Shown: positions 1 to 30,666, numbered from the stretch's first letter. The stretch: DNA of 64,000 nucleotides from Tubulanus polymorphus (GCF_964204645.1 NC_134026.1:2689950-2753949), one strand, 5' to 3'. Program-made: numbers and translations. The notes: a model not told the origin generated them from the letters alone.

Positions 1-123
1 TCTTCGTAAAAAGATGAACAGAAATTTTCTAAAAATTATCAGGTACTTAGGGAATAAGCTAAAAATGCTTAGGAAAAAACACGGCTAGTGGGGTTTCTAG
101 TTTATCAAATGATTCTCATTCAT

Positions 124-267
124 CAGGGCCGCACCTAGCGGGAGGGCAGTTGCACCCTCAAGAAATTTTGGAGAAGTTCCTTTTTTGCAAATATTTTTAT
201 ATGCAATAGAACTGCTCTTCTTCGGGTTTCTCTGCCCCCTAAAATCCAAATGCAAGGTAAGGCCCTG
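124..267. mobile_element. Short non-autonomous DNA transposon (MITE, hAT-like CAGGG ends)
   Basis: Terminal inverted repeats CAGGGCC...GGCCCTG, GC-rich ends around an AT-rich core, similar flanks (cATTCAT / aATTCAT). Confidence 0.45.
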
Positions 268-2088
268 AATTCATATCAAAATTTCCAATTCGACGCATCG
301 AAATAAAAACTAGAGTACAAGTAGTACAGCACATTGCTGATAGTTGTCATATGAGATTGAGATTAATGAAATTATACATAAAAGCTGTTTACAGGACATG
401 TATATGGTATTCACATATGAATGATTTTTTCACAATGATTTATATTTCTATTTTACAACAACAATTGTTAAAATAATAAGCAAATAATCAATCGAATCAT
501 TATATGATAACATATAAAAACAAATCTATAAAATCTTTCGTAAAATTTTTGATTATTTTCATCAATAATTCATATTTTGACTGGACGCAATCAACTGGTA
601 ATTGTTCGACTAGGATTTTGAATCAAGGTCTAAATCTGAACATACGTACTACTCGATATTTTAAACATTGTCAAAATCATATTTTTTAAAAACGGCTACT
701 TTTTCATCATTTTACGAATCGTTTAAATAATTTTTGATCACGGTAACTGAATAAAAGAATGGTAAATGCAGTGAGGAATGAAATGTCTGAGAACTTAATG
801 ACAAAATGAGGTAGTTACTAAAAATAAATATAATCGAGTTTGGTAGCATGGGTGGATAGAAATTAGAATTCTCGTAATAAAATTATCCTATTTGCGTGCC
901 GCTACGATAATGAAATTTTTAATTGCACTGAAAAAACTGATCACAGAAACTTTCAAGCCACAATATAAACAATTAAGCATACAGAGAGACAGATGGTTAA
1001 AAATGTGTCACAACATGTACTTATTTATTATCTATATCAGTTTAGAAATACAGCAATTCATTATTGTTCGAATTCATCAGTGGTTGGTTTTATTAAGACA
1101 AATTATTGTTTCATTGTTAAGAAATAATGAAAAACGTTTCAATTTCATAAACTGCTGCAATTCGAAGTGACTAGCTTTGTAAAATGGGCCCAGGTTATCA
1201 TTGGTTTAGAGGAGGAAAAAGGCTTTTCTGGATACATGTAGTGTTAACGAAGGGCTTGGTGTATTGCGCTTTCGATTTTGCATAAATGAAGATGGCACTA
1301 TGAACTCATTAAGATTCTAATGTCACTGTTACAATGGTAAAATCTACGTAACATGACCTTTAACAGAGGAAATTGAGATCAAATGGTTTTGAAGTTATCA
1401 GTCTTTCTTCTAGAACTACTTATACATACATTCGTTTGTCAACTACCCAAGTTCTTCTACACATTCAAGTAGGGTTTACTGCGTAGTTTTTATTCTAAGA
1501 AGAATCATGTTCTACTTATGCAAACATTTAACAGCCAACTATTCAGTACATAGCGCTCAAGTTGTTGATAAATGCAGTAAAAATACACAATAATATTAAG
1601 GTGTATACATAAGGATTACGTATGTTCTCTATAAACTCATACTTAGGTTACAAGTACAAAAAAAGCCACAGAGTTCAGATATCCTTATCACAAAAACATA
1701 GATGTGTTATTCAGAGCGTCTCTGGTAAAATGCAATTATGATGATGCATGTATGTCAACTACCGTACTGTTAGAATTTAATGACAAATATTTTCAGCTAG
1801 GGTGACACCTGTAATGTCTAAAAGAAAAAGTATGCAAGTATTTGATGAATTTCAATGAAACAATTTCCTTTTACGCATTTCAAGTTTTTTTTTTACAAGA
1901 TAATGTTCTCTCTCGCCCCAAACATTTAGCGGTCGTGGGAGTAGTTATTGTCTGGTTCACAAGGTGACGTATGAATTGCCGACATGCTGCTAATTCTGGC
2001 CTTAGTGCTACCATGGAGGTCCACGTTCAATCATCTTAAGATCTCATATATTAAACTAATCTCATTGGCGTTAGAGCTGATATTATTC

Positions 2089-5000
2089 TCAAGCCGTTGA
2101 TTCCTTCAAATTGTCAAAGTACTCCATTAACTGGTCATAACTCATTCCCATCGCTTCGTAATCCCATTCGACTTTCTCCGGGTTTTCAGGAGGATTGTTG
2201 TTGCTTGCCTCGGGAGGTAACGGGTTCGTAGTAATGCGAATACTACACTCCGAACCCTTGTACGTGGAAACATTGTTTTTACTCGCTCCACTACCGGAAC
2301 TACAAGTGGAGTTACGGTTGCTCTGCGGCTGCTGCGCCGGCAGCTGTTGACTGGTGTCCATCTGATTACCGTTAAAGTCTGACGGCGGAACGAGAGTCTG
2401 AGAACAATGCGTATTCACATGGTTTCTCTCTAGCGTAGCTCGGCCGATCCAAACCCAGTCTTTCGCTTGGGCGATCGGATCGTTAGCGTTGTCTTTCGGT
2501 ATTCGTTTACGTCGGTAGCGTAAAATAAATACAACGCAATACGTCAAAATAACCGTAACGGCTACACATACTAGCCCCAGTAAAGAGTACATACCAATCT
2601 CTAATGGTGACAGCCCACCAGCACGGCGAATATGCTGCTTTCGGGCTTCTTGAACCGCGCTGTTTTCAGAATCAGAGGAGAGTTCGTCGTCTTTCTTAAT
2701 CGAATCGACGTGAAGATCATTTCTATCGGATTTCGATTTCGTTTTCGGCGACTGTTTAACCGTAATGCCGGGATGCGGACCTTTCACGGAGCCGTCGATG
2801 TGAGGATTGTAGCGCCACGGATCGCCCGGACGATTGATATTATAATCGTCATTCAGTAAATATTCCTTACGATAAACATCCGTCGAAAAATCGTTGCTGA
2901 TGTAAACGTAATTCGAAGCCAGGACGAGACGCACGTTTTTCTTTTCGCAACGCTTATTCACCTTTAAACCGAGCTCTAAAGATTCGCCTTTACCTTCGCC
3001 TACAGCGGTTATCTGTGGCCTGTCATGGGATAGCGGTAATCCGTGTATCGACGTTATATGTCCGTTCAAGCTTTCGACCGACAGCTCATAATCTTCACGC
3101 GGCACTTCGTGTAGCGGGAAAATGGTTTCGTCGTTGAAATGGATGAAGATATCCAAGAATCCATCCTGAAATATGATAAATGGCAGCCGTGAAATAAATT
3201 TGTAATGACAATCATTAAATACATGTAATGTATGATAATTTATTCAGCCTTAAATCTGTATGAAATATGCTCATTAGATTTACGTCATATACAAAAAGAG
3301 ATCAGACACTAAAAGCATTTGATGAACAAATGGTTTCGAGATTAGATTTAAAATCAATTGATGGACTAGATTTGATTTCGATTAGTCGTCCATAGTAGTG
3401 GGGCCGAGTACGAGAAAGCTATATGCCCAGCTGAGACTTCTGGATAGATAAACATGGGTTGATGACTAGCAAGGATTGATCGTTAGATCTAAAAACTCTA
3501 TTGGATGATTCATTTTGCACCAATGACCGTAAATATTGAGGTGCAGACCAATTTCTTCAATATACAATATCTTCAGTTGGGTATATTGACATTGCATCCA
3601 TACCTGATTTTTACGTCGAAACTTGGCTTGAGGAACGACCATCATCTTATAAGTGCCCGGTAAATCTCGTAAACGTGAAATTTTGATGTCGACACTGGAA
3701 ATGACTTTAACGTCTAAACGTTTGATTGACACTTTGTCACCGCTGCTCACGCGGATCTCCTTCGCACCAATCACTCTATTTGATGAAGAAAGAGCCTGGA
3801 AAATAAATCACGCGAAATGATTAAACAAAGCTGTGTCAACAAAATGAAAACTCTCATATCATCTTCAGCATCTTCTCAGATATTCTTCCTCGATTACTCA
3901 TTTCTCAGCATCGAGACACCGTGAAAATCTTAGCCTTAGATATTCTTCGTGTCCTGGTTATTTACTTTTCACAGGGTGGCCAATTCCCTCCATTTACAAA
4001 TTCCAAGAGTTTTCCCTGATTTTTCCAAGTTACAAAATTCCCCGAGTGAATCGGCAGGTGAATGGAGAAATTTCTTGGTTCAAAATTGCATAGATTATTC
4101 ATTATTCACAAATCACATTTAGATGAAGAAACACGCGGTCAAAAGCTCCGAGATTCCCAGAATTTTTTAAGGTTTTTTGACAAAATTTCTCAAATTCCTT
4201 CAGTTTTCCCGATTTTTTTTCGAGATTTCAAGTTTTCCATTATCTTATACACCAGTACTGACCTGTATTTCCGCACGGCCTTTCGTTAAACCTTCGACGA
4301 TATTTCCGCGTAACCTCGCTATGCGATTGTCACTGATTCGTAATCTGTGTTTTATATGTTTAGTTATATCTACGAGCGCCTTACGATGCAACCAATACAT
4401 AGATTTGTCGTTCTCATTGATCGTAAATTGAGTGTACACTTTGATAATGGCTTGTTGATAACGTAATCTGCAGCCGAGTTCATCAGCTTCTTCATCCGAA
4501 GACTTTTCATTCGTTGCGTCGAGCGGCGATTTCCATGACTTGATTTGACTGAGTTTACTATCGGATACTTCGATATTGACCGGCACGACCGGTACCCAGA
4601 CGGGGATTTTCAAGTGGCGCAACAGACCGGCGTGTCGTACGTAGATAGTCGCGTTCGATGAACCGAGGGTCTCCTTTCCATCGACGAATATCTGATAACA
4701 ATTCAACGACACCTGAACAAAAAGAAGTGTAAAAAAAATTTATCTAATTAAAAGTTTGAAAAGACACAAGGTTTTGAACTCTCACTAGAGATCACCGTCA
4801 GGTTCAGGCAAAGATCACACCTGACGATGATCTCTATTGAGAGTTTGAAACGTCGTGTCAGTCTAAACGAAGAGTGCTTTGCTCTCAAAAATATCTCATA
4901 GAATTCGCAGAAATATATATATCATTTTCTCACAGCTCTCGATCGAGATATATACCTTCAGTATGCCGTCATTGGCTGAATCACAAGTGCTGAACTTAGT

Positions 5001-8000
5001 AATATCATCGACGTGTCCCGATCGACGCACGGCGAATACTTTCAATGGCCATGCTTGTCTACTTCCACTCAATATAGCAGTATTCAGAATATTACGCACC
5101 TGAATCAGATGAAATTATATCTATCGATATTGATCGCAGACAGCGCGAGCGATCTGTATGATTTCCACGTACACTAAACTGAATTTTCTTTCGATTAAAT
5201 GCAACAAATTCTAGGCATTTTTTTTCATGCGTAAATTCAACGGTTCTAAAATGTTAAGAAATTTAGGTGTTTTCCATCACTGGATGTTAAACCATGACAT
5301 TTTGAATCGAAAGCTATGAATAATTAGTTTTCGACACTGAACTGATTACTGATCTTCCACTGAGAGAATCGCTTAATTTCTTCACTTCAAAATAATATGG
5401 GACTTCTATTTTAGAATACTCTTCATATTCACCTTGAAAACAGGTACTATATCATACGATTCGGTCATCGAGATCGGTAAATTGACGTTAGCGCGGAAAC
5501 GTTTTCTAGTAAGAGAATGATCGGCTGGTTCGTATTCTCCTTTCCATAAAATACGCCCGTCCTGACCGCTGAATATGAAACTCTCAACTTCAAAAACGGC
5601 GTCAAAAATTTCCTGAATTCTGAAAAGACGCGAGAACATAGAAATTCAGTATAAACATGATAAACATCTCGGTAGGCATCTCAGTAGGCGGAGTAACCGC
5701 AAGGATAAAACAGTCTGGTGTTTTTATATTTCAAGTGAAAAACAGCAAAACCTACAGATGTTTATGTTCGTTTTTTTTAGGAACAATAAGAACTCCGGGA
5801 AAAATGCGTAGGGTCACGGAACCTACAGTGTTTATAGCCTTGCCTTCATGTTATATACAAAGTAGCGTGATAGACTAATTTGATTAGTCTATTATTTAAA
5901 TCATTCGGTAGCATAAACTATAACACATATATTCATCAAGTTTGAGGTTTGTATTATACATGAAGATACATCTGGATTAAAGACAATGTCATTCTAAATA
6001 AAAAAAAGGATGAAAATATTCAAGTCATCACATAAACATATGATTGGCGTTCTTATGAGTGTATGGTACAGTTTCATTGGATATTGATTTACTGATGAGA
6101 AAAGTTTATTCGAATTTAATTGAAATATAGAAGAAATTGAAGCGTGGTAACCTAGTAACCACTGACGAAGCTGGTGGATCCTCGCCTGCCATACGTGGAA
6201 TCTTCTATTGCAAAAGTAGCACTGCAGGGGAGGGGGGTACCCCTTTAGTTAATCGTGTACTATCACTATTACGTCAGTAAGTGCTCACATTCTTGAAAAG
6301 TACGCAAAGAGATGAGTTGAAATCTGTTGAATCATATAAATAAAATCATCCGATCAAAATGAAGATTTTGATGTCGTTTTATAATTTTTTTTGTCGGGAT
6401 ACTCATCCTAAACTAGAAACGGTCTAGTATACATTATACCTATACATATTCTGCTTGTATATAAGTATGAAACTGATATAATGCGTCATAAATAAACCTG
6501 AAACTAAATAACTAATAAATAACTAATACAGGTGAATACTAACGCTAACGCTAACGCTTTATTTATGTATAGCTATTTCGGGAAGGAAAAACACATTTTC
6601 ATTGCACCGGTGGGGACTAAACGAGTTACGGCCTAAATTTGTTTATTGCGGTCAGGTCTGTTGTTTTCATCGGGCGACTTGTCACGACAGACAATCACAG
6701 TAAGACCAATGGAATCGTAAAACAAGCCAATATAAATTTACAGACTAATAGGTAGCCATCCATATGCGGAGCCCCGCGCACATCAGACAGTTGCTATAGC
6801 AACCTACTGTGACTCTTTCCTCCCTCGCCGTTTGTTCCTCAGACTCCTGAGCGCAAGAGAGCAACAGTAGCGCGCCAGTTAATAAATTATTCTATTGTAT
6901 ACGGCTAGGGGTCCATATGCTTTTGAAAAAATAGAGAGCCTTTTAAGTTCTATATGAATGGCAATATCCGTGCTACTTACATGACTTTTGTCACCAAATT
7001 CATAGAGAATAAACAGTAAACCAATGAATGCTTTATTGAGACACTTCGCAATTTACATTCAGGATAATTAAAAAGGGAAATTTAAGCAATCAAATAGAGG
7101 CTATCAATGCTAGACAGGCTTCATACATACATTGTAGTGAGGCTGAGATAAAAAAGGAAACACTTTTTCATCATAGCACATCAAAACACCAATCATCAAA
7201 AAAAAATAATTAATTTCGAGACACCAATAGTCAAAGGTAAGCACTTTTCGATAGAAGTAAGGTCCTTCTAAGCGCTTTTGTAAGGCAAAAGTAATTAAGT
7301 GTTACTAACAGCGATTGCCCTAATGCACGACATAAATCTCGTCATTTTATGACGACTGGTCAATATATACATGCGAACAATAGATTAGAAGTGGAGGACA
7401 GGCCATTATAGACGATACATTTATACAGGCACTGATAGCGGCATAACACAAAATTGTCCAAAAAATTATCTGGCATGCCAAAAAAAGCACTTTTCTGCAC
7501 TTGACTATGAATCCTGTACGAATGTGGTCCATCCTGTTCTACATTTACGATATTATATCAGTTGCAGTGGAGTCAACTGATCTAGAGATACCTTTTACAT
7601 TTCTTTATATAAAACTTCGAAGGTGATTAAACGTAAGGCTTGATAAGCATTTAGCTAGTTAGAATCACCATCTGCTTCTACAACAGTCTAAATGAATACT
7701 AGTCGAGAACAGCTTAGATGAGTTAAACTGCCGGTTGTGATTCTACTCGCCCCTTCGCCTCGTAAGGGGTTCCACTCTCGCTCCAGTAATAATATCTAAC
7801 TCCTTACTTTACCGCACGGCGAGCTATAGTTTTATGAAGATATAAATGATAAGAGTAGACACGCGCGGTTTAGGTTAGCATCCAGGTGGGGAGAGATCAT
7901 CTGTACAACACGCCGAACCATCCCCCGAACAAGTGTTTTTAGATACCCACACGAGGAGCTGTTGCTGTTGTTACTGCAGCTGCTGCTGCTGCTGCTACTA

Positions 8001-11000
8001 GTGAGGTATAAAAATAGCGACCAAAGAGTCAAATTGTTTTCCGTAAACGCAATTAACCAATTTCCGGATTACTACAAACAAACATTATTGAATCAACAGT
8101 TGACTAATAAATAATCATCATACATGATTTTCCATCCGTATAATTGGACGATTAGCTTCTGAATTTTTAACCACTTCCAAACGTATATAATGTATACTGA
8201 TACTTTTCCCGTAATGATAAGCATTATAAGCTCATTCTGAAGCAAAACGACTGGGGTAACTTTTTGGACCTATCCTTCAGAGGGTATAACCCACTATATG
8301 GATGAATCACTGGATATTAAACCGGTGAACAGTTTACCGATAGATACAACAATCATGGAGGTTGTTATACATATTCTCAACCCACGACTAGTCAATAAGC
8401 AAGCACGTAGGCACTGAACAGGGTAAAGTGGACCGAATGGCATTTAAAGTTGGCATCGATTGATACCTGTCATATAGTAGTACAAACAGGTGGGAAGATG
8501 ACGATGTTGACGGCAACAGTGAATACAGCACAGCTCAACTTGATTTAAGAATTACGTTGTGACACAACGATACGCACACACGCACACGTAAACCAATATC
8601 ACAACGCAGATAATCGCATCCAATATCATCACTGACGATCAAAGATTATCCAACAAGTTTCCCGAGGACCTGAGAACTATTGGAATGCAACGTGACTCAC
8701 AACGCAATTACATAAATGACTCAATCTTCAGGTTAGGCTATATAGCTGGAAGCAAGTCGCGCGTAGATTGCAAGACGTTCGTTCGTTCGTTCGTTTCGTC
8801 GGTCATCGATGCGAGACATCGGTCTCAGGTGGACTGGAATCGATAGACAATTCGCCGGCGGGTAATACGATTAGATCGGCTTCAAATTGACGCGAATCTA
8901 ATTTACAAACTGATGATATCAAACTACACAGCAAACTGTGTACGACACCAACAGGCATCCTGTATTATAACTGACTACTGATTCTCATCCTTTACAGGCG
9001 GTCCTCCCTACAGATCAGTTATTCCTGAATGTTCTAAAGGAGAAAATTTAGAATTTCGAGGAAACTTCTACATCACTTTCATATACCAATTACTGTACCA
9101 TATCCCAGGTACTGTTTATCTTGTTCGGTGGTTTTGAAAGCAAGTTTGTAAGCAAATTTTTTTCATTACCAAAACTTGATTTCTAATTTTGTAACCACCT
9201 AATTGTTTAAAAATATCCTGGTCCCAACTGTACTGATTTAGGCGTAGTTTACTGCAGAACTACAAAAAACTAGACATCGATTTCTTATTGTCTATTTCTC
9301 AAAATTAAAAGGAGTTTTTCTGAAATGGTATCACTTTTTTGGGAAACCCTGGTGCATATGATCCCTAACAAAAAAAATCCCTAGCAAGCTTTTCTGAAGC
9401 TGACATTTGGTCGGTCTAATCCAAAAACGCTGGTTTTCCAGTTTTACAGGTCATAACAATTCAGCTTCTGACTTAATGGCGCTATGATTAACAGCATTAA
9501 ACAACCGATATATTACAACGAGCCAACTGAGAACTGCAACTGGGTGTATGTAATATACAGGTCTAAAATCCCATACTAGTGATGAAAAATAAAGTTTGAA
9601 ATGTTTCCTTAAGTTAATAGTTTATTCCACGCTATTCGTCTATACCCTAATACATGTAGTTATCTTCATGAATACTGGAGATCTTCAGCATTCCTGAAGA
9701 TGACTTCTAGATAGTCGAAACATCGAATAAACTATTAACTCAAGGAAACTTTACAGACTTTATTTGTTCATTGCTAGCGTGAGATTTCTCGTCACAGCAC
9801 GGACAGACTGAGTGTTCCATCGATGGTTATGTATACCTGTATACAGAGGAAACAGTATCTTATTTCAATCAATAACGACTGATGTCAATGAGTTCGTGAT
9901 TCATAAACACACGTCATCAAAAAAACGTCATATTAATTATAGATGAGAGTGAATGCGGCATCTGCCCTTAACATCGGAAAATCGATCATCGTATTTTTCA
10001 ACTATTTCAGTTCGACAAATAAGCATAGATAATATACGACTTGAAATAATAGACGCTCGATATAAACAACGCGAGTTAAGCGCATTGCCTGCTTTAAGGT
10101 GATAACAGCGACAGATCTTTTGTAGTAAAAGGAAACTCTCAATTCTTCGCAGGATGTCCGTATCGCTATTCCCGACTGATGTTGTCGTCATGGTTACTGA
10201 CATCTTTTATCGCGTTGATTACATATTCCGTCGGCTGTGTTGTGGGGGGTGAAAGCAAAGAACAATTCCCCCGACGAATTTCAGACCGACGCGATTTCGA
10301 AACGTAAAAGAATTCGCCGACGATCGAATCGACCGCCGGTTTTTAATTCGAATCTATCTGGCATTTACAGTTCGTAATCTACGTTTCTCTTTTCAGGCGG
10401 TGAAATTAAAGAAAAACCGTTAATCAAGCAGAAGGATCGGCTGAGTGAACTATTTATATCAATACGACGAAAGAGTAATAGAGCTTTATTCATCGACTCT
10501 AATGACACTATTAAAAGCGGCTCCCACTCTTGTTTAGTATGAATCTATTAAAAATCGATGTATTTTCTATTTTACGACGCCCAGTCGCTGTTTTATTTCG
10601 AAAATGTCTTGTTGACATTTCAATCATATCGATTCGTACGCAATTTGCCAGTAAGATACGGCAAATGTAAGAATATTATCCATGGGAATCGGCATATGCA
10701 AGAGAGAGGAGAGGAGAGAGAGGAGAGAGGAGAGAGATAAATCCATTAATCGATATAAGAGAGCAACAACAGACGTAAAATGAAACAGTTCCCATAGAGA
10801 TCAAGGTCTTACCTCGAAGATTTCGTGTAAACTTTATCGCTTCTAACTGATGCAGTTACGAATCCTCCGCGCATTTTGTTGTTGATATTACTGTAAACAT
10901 CCCATCGATCGGCATCTTTCGGTACGATGCTTACTAAATTTATTCCGTGCCGTGTCTTGATCCTGTAAAATGGTTAATAATCAACGATGATGATGATGAT

Positions 11001-12642
11001 AAATAAGAAAAGCCCTAAAAGGGATCTTATACTTAGGTTAAAGGTGATCTACAGATGAAAATAGCAGAACTCAGGTTAAATTTAGCCCATTAACAGGGCT
11101 CCATTTTCGCAGTATCCTGAGAAAAATATATTTTTTGTAGGTATTCTAAAACTTGAAATGAAAGCATTTTATATCCTGACAGGATACAAAATATTTCTGA
11201 TTTCACCATTTGAAGTGGGTCAATTTAAAGGGATACCAAACTTTGGCATGGCAGGATACCGACTAAGGAGGATCTCGTATCCCAAGAAGATATTCTCTTA
11301 AACCTTGAATAAAGGAGTGTCTTTACCCTGAACTTCACGTTGGTCGGAACTGGTCGATTCCCTTTAACATAACTAAGGTAGTAACTAAACAGGTTTTCTC
11401 ACCCGACGATGATCTCTAGTGAGAGTTCGAAATGTCGTGTCATCTTAAAGTTTTGATGAATCAATTCTTGGGTTTATTACTTTAAAATCTGAACATATTG
11501 AGTTTTTTAATTCATTTTTTTCAGTTCATAGCACCTTGAGTCAATATCTAATGATAACCAATAATGAAAAATGATAGTCTTAAAAACTTACCGTATTCCG
11601 AACTGTTTCAGCGACGACTCGGCTTGTAGTTTAACGCGAGCGTGAAACCTCGAACCCGGCGATACCGGCTTCTTCGGCACGTAAATCAAAATATGCGGAT
11701 CTTCTCGTAGTTCGAGGTAATCCATGTCATCGGCTTCCAGCTCGATCTTACCCAACTGTATTTCGTTCGGGTATTGTTCCGAGTCGTGCGTTTTACCCGG
11801 TATGACGTAATTACCGGCGCGAGTACACTGCGAATTCTCGCCGATCGGATAAAACGAATACGAAACGTCTGCCAAACGTTTATAGTTATTCGTCCACCAA
11901 TGATCGGGAATCGTGATCGCGGCGATGCACATATCGTGTTTATTACTCAGTATACAAGCCGATGTTGCGTGCTGGATGTTCCAATGAGCGTGAACGCGTA
12001 AGCACCATTTTAATTCACCTCCGTCGGCCGTTTTACTCTTGTCCTTGTGCGGAACGCTGTAAAGATGGCTACCGTGACATAACACTCGTAACGTCGGGTT
12101 TTCCCGGCGCAACGAATGCGAAACGATGTGCGCGCTGATGTCGAATTTCTTCAACGCCGCGACCGGGATCGAACCATTCACGCGACTTGTGTCGAAGAAG
12201 CGATTGAATATGGGTCGTTCGGCCTCGTATGAACCGTACTTCGCGTGGATCGTCGTAAATGGTGATGGTTGAGTGATGCCGTAATGTTCCTCCAATAGTA
12301 AAGGATTGTTGAGGTTTGACTGGGACGTCAAAGGTTTGATGAAATACGCATCGTCTTTTTGGTTAAACGTCAGATCCACATTCTCAGCCCAGCCTGGAAA
12401 TACGTAGCAGAATATGAGAAAATTATTTTTACGAAAAATTTATTTCCTGTTATCGTAATAAAAAGATTGGTTAAATAAGTATTTTTCTAGAAAAAAATTA
12501 AATGGCATAAATGTTAACAATTAGCATAGCAAATGTCACTGATAGCTTACAATGAGAGGGCAAATGATATTGATCAAAGAATCAACTTACCTTCATTGAC
12601 AGCGATTAAGATAAAATTTAAGAACCAAAGTACGTAAATCAT
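2089..12642 (-). CDS. TMEM132: Transmembrane protein 132 family, type I membrane protein (~1017 aa; 8 core coding exons ~12642-12591, 12393-11592, 10962-10813, 5619-5433, 5099-4956, 4712-4263, 3795-3604, 3165-2089)
   Basis: Signal peptide MIYVLWFLNFILIAVNEGWA. Family motifs ILNTAILSG, LRYQQAIIKVYTQF, LSPLEIGMYSLLGLVC (TM), DWVWIG and the C-terminal LMEYFDNLKESTA. The GT-AG exons sum to 3054 nt, in frame. Confidence 0.92.
3971..4225. mobile_element. Degenerate MITE (CAGGGTGGCCA end with TTCCC/TTTTCC subterminal repeats)
   Basis: Same left end and low-complexity subterminal motifs as the element at 24998-25137; right end eroded; intronic. Confidence 0.4.
4763..4858. ncRNA. Inverted pair of Penelope-type minimal hammerhead ribozyme motifs (core-intact copy 4817-4858 on +, degenerate copy on -)
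   Basis: ACAC-CTGACGA-T-[GATCTCT attg AGAGTTT]-GAAAC-GTC-GTGT: stem I ACAC/GTGT, core CUGANGA and GAAA, palindromic ACGT in place of helix III. A mutated reverse-complement copy lies at 4763-4804. Confidence 0.65.
9690..9728 (+). ncRNA. Minimal hammerhead ribozyme motif, second sequence family (Penelope-like remnant)
   Basis: ATTC-CTGAAGA-T-GACT(tctagat)AGTC-GAAAC-ATC-GAAT: stem I ATTC/GAAT, stem II GACT/AGTC, intact core, AUC triplet. Confidence 0.6.
10701..10737. repeat. (GAGAG)n-like purine microsatellite
   Basis: agagagaggagaggagagagaggagagaggagagag in a TMEM132 intron. Confidence 0.8.
11400..11441 (+). repeat. Degenerate copy of the 4817-4858 hammerhead-containing repeat
   Basis: cacCCGACGAtgatctctagtgagagttcGAAAtGTCgtgtc is nearly identical to 4817-4860, but the core CUGA is mutated to CCGA. 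Confidence 0.65.
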
Positions 12643-13091
12643 CTTGAATCCTGGTTATTCCTTCATTTATCTGGTATTATTGTACTTAACATCAACACTG
12701 GTTTTAAATTCCAACATTTGAACAACGAGATTCCTTAGTTTTTACTCTATTAAGTCATGGTGATGAATGAACATATTTCAGCATCCTCTAGTCATCACGA
12801 CAACAGCACTGCTGCAGCGCCAGCATCATTGTGATGAGATGGGCGCTACTTTTTCATCTCATTTAAAGATCTATCCGCTATCTATCTCTATAATTAGTCT
12901 GTCTGGACATGAATTGGAGGTGCAATTTCGGTGGTCGGCCTTTTAATTTCTCACGCTGGTCACGGTCAAAATTTTGAATAGAAACTAGCGTTTGATTGAC
13001 AGGCAATTAAAGCAAAGTTAGGTTCCAATCAGTCCGCTAGGCGGCGAGAGCTGACGGTCTGTGGACATAGAACGATGTTTGACAACTGAAA
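12643..13091. promoter_or_regulatory. Probable bidirectional promoter between TMEM132 and PI4KA
   Basis: Divergent ATGs only ~450 bp apart; CCAATCAG at ~13025; CTCF-like CCGCTAGGCGGCG at ~13035-13047. Confidence 0.6.
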
Positions 13092-30666
<17,575 letters not shown>

